NCBI RefSeq assembly: GCF_006345805.1
Contig: NC_043008.1
Span: forward strand, 33,294,001-33,358,000
Direction of reading: 5' to 3'
DNA: 64,000 bases
Source: Octopus sinensis
Taxonomy: Eukaryota
In this document: positions 54,128 through 64,000 of the stretch, one piece after another
How the letters are laid out: every line of letters starts with the position of its first letter
How positions within the stretch are numbered: position 1 is the stretch's first letter
Made by a program: the position numbers and the translations under genes
The notes under the pieces: generated by a model
The model's input: only the letters and a program-made list of their open reading frames with translations
Database searches by the model: none
Told to the model about the DNA's origin: nothing

Positions 54128-57100
54128 ATGGCAAATCTTAGAATCGGTTGCTTGAATGTGAGAGGCCTCGGGTCACCTTGGAAACAGGGTCACCTGTTAA
54201 ACGACCTGAGGTTTCATGATGTGGATGTAGCAGCCATCAGTGAAACCAGGCTCTCCGACCCGCAGGAACTCGCAGCCCTTTTCGGCGGATACGAGATATT
54301 TCTATCTCCGTGTAGGCCGGGAGCGGGCGGTGGTGGTACTGCGGTGTTGTTTCGGAAGGGCCTGGACCTGAAAATAAGGACAGTCTTCTTGGATCCGGAA
54401 GGTAAGTTGGTGGTCCTCGACGTCGACGGTAGTGACGGCGGTGCTTTCAGACTGCTGGCTGCCTACGCTCCGACAGGAGCAGGGCAGTCGGATTATTTCA
54501 AACGTCTGGAAGTTTTCCTGGGAACGTCACGCACTCTAGTACTAGTTGGGGATTGGAACGCTGTCTTAGACGAACGTTTCGATCGGGTGGGCAGGGGAGC
54601 GTCTGATAGGAGAGGGGGAGGGTGCAAGAGCCTCGCCAACCTACTCGGCCACTTTCAGCTGTCCGACAGGTTTCGACTAGACAACCCGAATGTGCCAATG
54701 TGGACTTGGACAAACCGCATCGGGTCGTCTAGATCGTACTTAGATAGAGTGTTTTGTAGGCCAGCGGATAAGGACAGCGTAGGGTGTCCACAATTCCACC
54801 TAGTCGAATATACGGACCACAAATTAGTGATCTGTACGGTCGACTTAGATAGGCTACATAGACAGGGACCCGGCTACTGGAAGCTGAACGCGTCGTTAAC
54901 GGCGTGCAAAGCTTACAGAGACCGGATTAGTTTACTAGTTAAGCGGGCGCTCACGGGGGCAATCATCAACAACAACTGGTGGTTTGCCCTCAAGAGAGCA
55001 ATTAGAGTAGAGTCGATTAGGTATAGTAAGACTCTAGCTATTGAACGTAGGAAGAGAGAGCGGGATTTAGTTAAGAAACTAGACGAGGCTCTTGACACTG
55101 GCATCGCGACCGACGTGTTGGCGGCAAGGTTGGCCCTCGACCAACACTTCGACGCCAAACACGAAGGCTGCGTTGTCAGAGCTAAGGCACGTTCGCTAAG
55201 CGGGGAGGGGACTAGAGCCGCTCGATGGGCCCGCGTGGCGGAGGCGAAGCGAGGCAACAGAGCAACCATTCGGTCTTTGGTGGACCAGAACGGGCGCGAG
55301 GTTACCCAACCGAAGCAGATGTGTACGGTGCTTCAGCGGCACTTTGCTCAACTGTTTGGGACGAGCGGTGGAACGGACACCAACGGTGCAGACTTCGGTG
55401 TGTACCTGGACGGACTGCCGCAACTCTCGGACAGCGAGGCAGAGTGCTGCGAAGGACCGATATCTGCCTGGGAAGTACAGGAAGCGATGAAGAGTTGCAC
55501 GAGAGGTAGATCGCCGGGTTTGGATGGTCTGCCCTACGAGCTTTACTTTTCAATGCCAGACTTGTTTGCGGACCTGTTGGCAAACGTCTACTGCAACTGG
55601 CAGCAAAACGGGAGAATTCCTGCTTTTGTCTGTCGAGGGGTGGTGGCTTTGCTAAAGAAGGACCCAAACAAGGGGGACGTTATAGGGAATTTCCGGCCCA
55701 TCACTCTGCTCAATGCAGAGTTGAAGATTTTGGCCAAGGTGCTAGCCAAGAGATTGGCCCTTGTCGTGGACAAGCTGGTCGGCGAGACGCAGACATGCAC
55801 CGTGCCGACCAGGTCGATACACGACAACCTCCATCTCATGCGCTACATCATAGAGAGGGTGGGTAATGACGCTGGCGCGGGTGGGGCTTTGATCAACTTG
55901 GATCAGAGTAAAGCCTTCGATAGGGTCGACCATCGGTACCTGGCAGCTGTCCTCAGGGCAGCCGACTTCGGTCCAGTCTTCCGCGGGTGGATCGCTGCTT
56001 TATACAGCAACATCTGCTCAGTGATACGGGTGAACGGTCACCTTTCGGAACCGTTCGACATCTCGCGTTCGGTCCGCCAAGGATGCCCTCTCTCCTCCCT
56101 CTTGTACATTTTGACTCTCGAGCCATTACTGCGCAAGTTGGAGGCTTTGAGGGGTATCCCGCGCGATCTAGGAGGCGGAAACAGCGTGTCTGCTTATGCC
56201 GACGACGTCACCGTGGTGGTGTCGAGCCACAGGCACATTGGCCTGATTGGCGAGACGCTAAACCAGTACGAAGCGGTGACAGGGGCAAAGATTAACGCGG
56301 AAAAGTCTGTGGGCTTGCAACTGGGCACCTGGAGGGGCAAGCCCATGCCGTCCAACAGCGTCGTAGGGCGCTGGACAGACGGACCCGTTAAACTGCTCGG
56401 GGTCTGGTTCGGTCCGGACCTCCAGGTGGATAAGAACTGGGAAGAGGTGACGAGCAGGGTGGCACGTCTCACCCAGAAATGGGCCGAGAGGAAGCTGTCC
56501 CTGAAAGGTCGAGCGGAGGTGGCGAATGCGTACATCGCATCCGTCATCTATTACCGCTTGACCGTCGTCCCTTGTCCCGACCGCTGGTTGGCCAAGCTGG
56601 TACGTCTGCTCTTCGACTTTTTGTGGAAGGGTCAGGTGCCACTGGTCAGGCGATCCATCTGCTGTCAACGACCGCTGAACGGAGGCCTTGGAATGCCGTG
56701 GTTACTGTTGCGCAGACATGCGCTCAGGCTGCGGCATCTCAAGCGCTTCCTAGACGGTGAACAGGTGTGGTCGTCTTTTGTCAGACGCGATTTTCCGCAG
56801 CTCGTCTCTTTGACGGAACTGCAGACCTGGATCAAACGTAGACCGAGAAAGGGCGCTTGGCACCTCGAGTGCCGTCAAGCCCTCTCCGCCCTCCGCCAGG
56901 CGGGCAATGCGGTCGGTTACAGCTCCACTCTAGCGTTCTATAGAGGGTTAGTGGAGGAAAAATGCGACGACGTTCTCGGGGAAACTCTAGGCGTTGAAGA
57001 TGACGAACTGTGCGGTCTGTTCGGGAGGACTTTTGGGCCGGGGCCGATGGATAATTTCCAGAGGTCTCTCGCTTGGCAGTGCTACCGAGGGGCTCTGCCT

Positions 57101-57561
57101 GTTCGAGATAAACTCTACCGGCACGGAAGTGCCGTCAGCCGGGCCTGCCCGAGGTGTTGCCAGGACGACGAACCGTTCTGCACGCACTCGTTCAGTGCCC
57201 GAGTATTGCTGAAATATGGGTTTATGTCGAACAGCTACTGTCACGTGTAGGACGGATCCGACTATCGGCCGAATCCATAGTGAAGATTGCCCCGCCGACT
57301 TCCTTTAACAAGGAGGGCGAGGCCGTTTTCTTGTGCCTAGTGGCTGTGGCGAAAGAGGTCGTGTGGTGGACTCGTTTGAAAGGGCTAAAGACAGACACTT
57401 TCCTCTTTGGTCAAGGCCTCATCAACTTTTTCAAGTTTCACTTGAAAAGGAAGAGGAGGTTAGAGAGGAAAGTGCTGTCCGATAGCAAGTTTTATGAAAG
57501 GTGGGTGAATTGTGCGAGACTGGCCTGTATAAATGGACCAGTTCTCAGGTTTCGCCTGTGA
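54128..57561 (+). CDS. Tx1 ORF2: APE endonuclease, reverse transcriptase and C-terminal zinc finger; single -1 frameshift at 57171-57172
   Basis: EN motifs LNVRG, SETR, YAP, GDWN, SYLDR, TDH. RT motifs SPGLDG, NFRPITLLN, DQSKAFDRV, RQGCPLS, YADD (56195-56206). Restoring one A in GAC GAC GA(A) ACC joins CPRC..DETVLHALVQC to the 57154-57561 frame. Confidence 0.95.
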
Positions 57562-60500
57562 TTTCAAAGAAAAAGGTAATGTAAAAGGAGAAGAAAGGGG
57601 ACTCTCTACACCCCCTTTTTTTTGACCAGGCTCCCGTTGGCTTTTGTAGGGTTTTTTCCACCAGGAACCTTTCGAAACGTCTCCCCCTTTTGGGAGTCTT
57701 TCATTGTTGAATTTTATAAGTTGTTATAAAGATTTTTACTCGATGTTTTTAAAAAAAACGGCAAAACCCTTTGTAACCTTTCGTCCTGTCTTGTCCCTTT
57801 ATGTAATCATGCGTGTCAGCCCTTGTGGCCAATAAAAAAGAATTGATTATTATTATTATTATTATTATTATCATTGGAAGGGTAAGATCTCTCATCTCAT
57901 CATCAAAAAGAAAAAAATAAGTAGATAAATAAAAAACCTAGACAAATTGTTAGTAATGCTTCAAATGTTCAACATTTAATGCACTCAGGTATTTTTCTGG
58001 CTTTCTCCTATGTTATAAAGAGCATCTTTTGCTCTTCTAGCTGTGTATATCACATTATATTCAATCATTTTAGTTTGTGTTGACATCTCAGTACATTATT
58101 CCTTTGAACGCAGAATGTAGACCTATCTGCTCGAAATTCTATTACTGTCAACTATGGAAAGTGGTTTTACTCCTCAATTTTTCAGATTTTCTAAATTTTT
58201 TCCTATTTCATGAAACATCTCTTTACAGAGCAAAAATCAAATACTTTTAATGGTGGATATGAGAGCTGTAGATACAACTTTCATATCCACCGAAATAAGC
58301 ATTGCAGAAACAGAAAATATCAATTCTATTTTTTGGTGGATAATTTATATCATTACAAGAATGACCATGAAATTTAATTACACAGTCAAATGTTTAATGT
58401 TTGTTTCTTATAACTTCATATAATTGCATAATTTCTAAAAAAAGATATTAAATTCTAGTATTCTAAACTGAAAACTTAGTGACAATTTAGTTTTAGCATA
58501 TTAAATGAGCAAAAAAGGAAAAAGTCACAGAAAACGTTCAATAAATGACATTAGATAAAATATTTCAATCAATATCTGAAATATTTTTTTCACTTGTATG
58601 TGAAAATATATTCTGTGTACAGGTTATGTATAACCAGTGAGTAAGTGATTTAAAATAATACTTGTTTATTTGTACTAACTATTATTTATGATGTATAAAT
58701 GAAATGAAACATTTTCCCTCTATCCAAAATTGTGACTTTTTCCCCCGTGTGACTTCATTTCTGTTCACTATTCACTCAGGTCAACGTGTTATTATTATAA
58801 GTTTCAATTTAATTTCGGTCACACTAACTTAGTGACACTAACAGGTTACATACTAAGCCAGATGTTGCATCTTCAATAAACAATGATAATCAATAAAAAA
58901 AAATACAGATTTTACATTGTTGTTTATCAATATTATTTTATACAGTTTGGAAAAATTGATCTCTTTTATTAACAAAACTTACAAGCAATGAATTAAAACT
59001 AAACCTGACAACTAAAACTTGGCTGTTTAGCAAAAACACCAATCAACTTAATTACTTTTTTATAATTTTAATATGGAATAAACCCATTATTTTTCAACAT
59101 AATTGCAGTAACTATAGCTCTTTAACACTTAACCAAAAATATTAGAAAAAACATTGGAAATTCATCTAATTTTCATATATGTATATTTTTTTAGTTTGGT
59201 TCTTGGTTTTAATAAATGCCACTCAACAATTTATGACTTGCTTAATAAAAACAACTGGGAACATTTACATGTCTCTCCCTAGAAAATATTTCACAGTTCT
59301 GATCTCCTGATAACAATGATGCCTTCAGCTCACTATTAGAGAATTCAGCACTATTATTTTCATTTCTAAATTTAAAGGGTTGCTTTGTGCATCATTCAAC
59401 AGTGGACAAACACTTATTTCTTTTTCCTTGCTAATATCTTTAAATTTCATTGATGTATAACCAACTAAGAAAATATAACTGCAGCTGTGACATACCTTAA
59501 GTGCATAAGTAACAGATGAACATAATAACATAATGCATTATTCTTTTATCTGTTAGTCACACATAATATGTATGCTGTTTATATCATTTGCTCACTTGAA
59601 ACAATACACCTAGTTCTGAGTGTGTATGTATGTGTGTATATGTATATATGTATGTGTGTGTGTATATATATATATATATGTATATAATTAAAAGAAATAA
59701 CCTCTATTAAGTAATTCAATAGTGAAAGACTTTATCTATATCATATAGAAAAATTTAAATATACAATAATAAATATTATTCAAAAAATCACTAAATTAAA
59801 TAAACATTAAAACGACCACGCATTTTGTGACTATATCTTTAAATCAATAATAATAAGATTGATACTATTAAAATTAATTTGATTTAAAAATATAGCCACT
59901 CTTCAGGTCTAAACAATAAAATAAATGTATGTATATTAACATAATAAACAAATATAGAAATATACGTATCTTAACTATAAATAAGCGAATAAAATATAAC
60001 GATATTAATGAAAAATAAAATTATAACGTATCTTATTGAAGAATTCCAGCTAACTGAAATATTAAACGTTATACTTAGAACCTAGTGTTGCTAAGAAATT
60101 TATCATGTGAAAACATGATGTAAATAATAACTATAGGATAAATAGATAGAAAAATGTATTTTAGCTATGAAAATAACAATATGTATTTTAGCTGTGAAAA
60201 TAAGAAATAAACTAGATGTAATATACCATTTACTGGAAAATTTCTAAAATCTCAATAATTTAAAACTAAAATACGTAAAATACATAAAATAAATTAAATT
60301 TCGATAACTTAATCTATATTTATCAATTTATTTATTTAATTTATAAACACCCTGGTTTAATCTTAATCCAATTATGTAATATACACAACATAATCTAGTG
60401 TATATTACACACCAGCATCGACTGACAAGCGATGGTGGGGGGACAAACACACACACACATATATATAAATATATATACACAACAGGCTTCTTTCAGTTTC

Positions 60501-60775
60501 CATCTACCAAATCCACTTAAAAGGCTTTGGTTAGCCTGAGGCTATAGCAGAAGACACTTGTGCAGGGTGCCATGCAGTGAGACTGAACCCGGGAGTATGT
60601 GGTTGGTAGGCAAGCTTCTTACCATACAGCCACTCCTACACCTCACTTGCCTCAACAGGTCTTTGCAAGCAGAGTTTAGTGTCCAATGAAGGAAAGGTAT
60701 GAATAAGTGGGCTGGTTACACCCCTGGCATAGGCCACGGGGTATGGTCTCATTTGGTTTGCTGAGTCTGTGTGTG

Positions 60776-60807
<32 letters not shown>

Positions 60808-61090
60808 AATATACACATATATACATACATATATGCATGCATGTATTTTATATATGTTATATACACACACACACATATTGTATATATGTTATACAATAAA
60901 TATATATTAGTCAGCAATACAAGGGTACATGTGTGGTTGTGCGGTAAGAAACTTGCTTCCCAACCACATGGCTCCGGGTTCAGTCCCACTGCATGACACT
61001 TTGGGCAAGTGTCTTCTACTATAACCTCGAGTTGACAAAAGCCTTGTAAGTGGATTTGGTAGTTGGAGACTGGAAGAAGCCTGTTGTGTG

Positions 61091-61127
<37 letters not shown>

Positions 61128-61134
<7 letters not shown>

Positions 61135-61399
61135 TAAATAAGGGTTAAATGCAACAAGTTGCTCAAAACCACATACCGAAAATATTAGAAATAGCAGCCA
61201 AAATTGGTCACCATTTCCTCTACTAGTAAAAAGTCTCCACAAACAAACAGAATTTGTAAGCTGTATATTACAAATTCTGTTTGTTTGTGGAGACTTTTTA
61301 CTAGTAGAGGAAATGGTGACCAATTTTGGCTGCTATTTCTAATATTTTCGGTATGTGGTTTTGAGCAACTTGTTGCATTTAACCCTTATTTATAATTAT
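61128..61399. repeat. Perfect palindrome: 132-bp arms, 8-nt loop
   Basis: 61128-61259 is the exact reverse complement of 61268-61399, with loop GCTGTATA. Confirmed by the mirror ORFs 61132-61323(-) and 61204-61395(+). Confidence 0.95.
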
Positions 61400-61493
61400 T
61401 ATAACCCTTACCAAATATGGTCTTTTCCATACCGATAAATCTACTAGGTGAAATTGATTAATTTTATTAAATTAATTATATTCCACCCTTTAT

Positions 61494-61554
<61 letters not shown>

Positions 61555-61733
61555 ATATCTGTCTGTGATAATGTGTTTGCGTTCCTGTAAGTTAGTGGTT
61601 CAACAAATAATGGGATCAATTTGTTTGACTAAAATCCTTCAAGGCAGTGCTCCAGTATGGCTGCAGTCAAATGACTGAAACAAGTAAAAGAATAAAAGAA
61701 TGAAGCTTCAGATTTACTGGAAAGAGAAATTAA

Positions 61734-61954
61734 CTCTTTCGTTGCCGTATTTATTTTGAGATGCTCTGAGTTTCTTTCAATTATTTTAAATATAACAAAG
61801 AATTTAGTAAAATAATTTAGTTATCATTAAGCTAGTGTTAGGAACATAACTTGTGACTAATGTTTGGTGGAAAATTTTAATTTAAAACTTATGAAAACAA
61901 AACATTTGTACTACAGAGCCAGAGCTGGTTTCAGCCGGGTTGGTAACGAAAGGG
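61734..61954. mobile_element. piggyBac-type MITE (221 bp)
   Basis: TTAA at 61730-61733 and 61955-61958. TIRs CTCTTTCGTTGCC and GGTAACGAAAGGG match 11/13. Confidence 0.85.
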
Positions 61955-64000
61955 TTAAGAGTGTTATGAAATTCTTTAGCAGTGAGTATTCTTTGTCACT
62001 GGATTTCATGAAGTATTGAAAAGAAATAAATTATAGACTGTTTATCATTTAGAAGCTGTGATAAAGTACTTTTGAAGAAGTATCTTTGAGGACCACTACT
62101 ATTTTTGTAGTAGTTATTAAACTTTAGCTTAAGGTCAGCCCAGATCCAGTAGACATAAATAAAAGTATTTCAGCTGTGATCACCAGTCTAATTAAGAACA
62201 TTATATGAGAAGCAACTCTACAGAATCTGTTAGTATCTATTTCCTCAGTTTGAAGAGCCATTCCTAGATATGAACAAGTGTTTGCAGTGTTGCAATAGCC
62301 ATTTCTTATAAAACAGGGTGATTTTTTGTTCTTGTTTAGTCCCAGATGAGCTCTGAATTAACAAATACATAATCAAAGGTATTCCAGTCACAACAACTCA
62401 TTTTGTATTTCAGGAAATGTATTTCAAACTATGAGTGGGACCTTAGAATCATAGGAAGTAAAATAAAAGCTATTTTTGATGACTTAAAAGTTGATAAAAA
62501 TACCAAAAAAATGAAAAAAAACTGATAATAACTCTGTTACTCAATATTTTTGTTCATTAATATTTGTTAGTTTGAAATATGAAGGCATGATTTTAAAAAA
62601 AAGCGTAGGTTTATTGAACTACAATAATGTATGGAAATATTCAATAATGAAAGCATTAACAAATGGAAGTATTCCACTGAAGAAACTTTCACTTTCTATT
62701 AATCAATTATTGAAGTCCATTTCAACTGTCATTCAGTGGGTCCATTTCATTTTAAAGATGATTTGAGGGAGTTTGAGCTGCTGTTTCTAGCAAGATGAAT
62801 GATCATGTGGTGGCTCATTGGCTTGGGCTGTTTCTATATAAATCAATGGTGTTACCCAATACTAGTTACCATACATGACATTGAATAATGGGTTTCATTG
62901 TCATGATATCAGGAGAATCAGCGCAGATTTATTAGTAGATAATTTTCAACAGATTACTCTGTCACAACTATTTACATACTCTACAAGTACATATTCAGTG
63001 AGTCATTAATTCCTTTAACAGAAGAATGTGATTAAATAAGTCAGAGCATGTAAGTTATGTGAACATTGATTCCACAGATTTGTAGAGAATCAGCGAGTAG
63101 GAACAGTAATGTTTTATACTAACGGGATATTGGAAAGCAGACATCAGAAGTGGTGAGGTGCTGGACAAAATGTCTTCAGTATTGAATTATATTCCTTAAT
63201 GTTTTGAGTTTAAATCCCATCAAATCAACTTTGCCTTTAATCCTTCTGGAGCTGATAAAATGAATACTTGTTGAGTGGGAAAAAAATGGAGCGGTGGCAA
63301 GTGAACACAAAATAATCCAAATCAGTTATTTGGAGTTACTGCTCTTCTAGATGAGTTTGTTGGAAGACATCATGTTCATATGTTCCATTTTGGCATGATT
63401 TCCATGGTAGGTTACCCTTATTAATGCCAGCCACTTTACAGAGTGTACTCAGGGCATTTTATCATGGCACTAGTATTAGAGAGGTTGTATTGGCCATGCA
63501 AGACTAAAGTGTCTTCTCCATTCTACATTGTCACCTTTTGTTCTCTACTCATTCAAAACAAACAACTGTTTGGTTTGAGTATGCATGTGAATATATATAT
63601 ATATAGGAGATAAATTGTCCCACTAATTGTTATCAGGCTCCTTTTTGGGTGTGGTATGATATTCAAGATGTGATGTTGATTGGGAAGCAAAGTATCCAGT
63701 TGTCTATGTCTGTTGTATTGTCTGAATGTCCTTTCAGAAATTAGCTCTTTGCTATAATACTATTTTGTAGCTATAAATTATTATTTGTTTACTCTTATGT
63801 TGTTACTTGTAGTAAAAGGTTATTGGATACTTGGGGAGCATTTATAATTTTAATGCTGTGGACACTGCTGGATTGAATGATACTGCCAATGTGTTGAAAC
63901 CATAGTGATATCCATTTGGGAAGCTGATGAGGGGAATGCACATACATTGTGCTCAATTGTGAATTTTATTATCTTATTCTAGGATTGTCCTTCATTCTTG

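Larger units (their letters stand above)
51991..57844 (+). mobile_element. Full-length, near-intact Tx1-clade non-LTR retrotransposon (Tx1-A) inserted in (ATT)n
   Basis: ~250-nt 5' UTR, ORF1, 39-nt spacer, ORF2, 283-nt 3' UTR ending GCCCTTGTGGCCAATAAAAAAGAATT. (ATT)n at 51942-51990 and 57846-57870. CpG-rich against CpG-poor flanks, suggesting a young insertion. Antisense to the host exon at 49090-50198. Confidence 0.95.

Noticed and set aside
58250-58295. 14-bp hairpin GGTGGATATGAGAG/CTTTCATATCCACC
   Set aside because: Probably internal to an old DNA-transposon-derived repeat; element ends could not be defined.

Overview
AT-rich, microsatellite-dense animal genomic DNA. The SINE and MITE families look like those I recall from octopus (coleoid cephalopod) genomes; this is recognition, not a database result. 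Only one host coding exon is well supported: a 1.1-kb terminal exon on the minus strand (49090-50198) ending in a TRADD-N/DEDD-C-like domain. Most other recognisable sequence is mobile DNA. It includes a near-intact, young, full-length Tx1-clade non-LTR retrotransposon (51991-57844; ORF1 with zinc knuckle, ORF2 EN-RT-zinc finger, one 1-nt frameshift) sitting in an (ATT)n microsatellite, and a second, diverged Tx1 copy with a twin-priming-type 5' inversion (8841-11737). There are also remnants of Gypsy LTR, Helitron, mariner, RTE and CR1/L2 elements, piggyBac- and hAT-type MITEs, and dozens of tRNA-headed SINEs from at least three families. The most interesting system is a candidate Tx1 LINE-SINE partnership. 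Both LINEs and one SINE subfamily end in the same short GCC(C)-5nt-(G)GGC stem-loop plus AATAAA tail (31/34 nt identity between Tx1-B and the SINE). A LINE copy and a SINE copy join the same nucleotide inside the SINE's own tRNA-like head. The intact LINE and many SINEs occupy (ATT)n tracts in the same orientation. Also notable: three long near-perfect inverted repeats (132, 87 and ~36 bp arms), a tRNA-like cloverleaf on an extended stem, and a CpG-decay plus SINE strand-bias domain from ~21.7 kb that hints at an unannotated plus-strand transcription unit. No prokaryotic features, CRISPR arrays or rRNA were seen.
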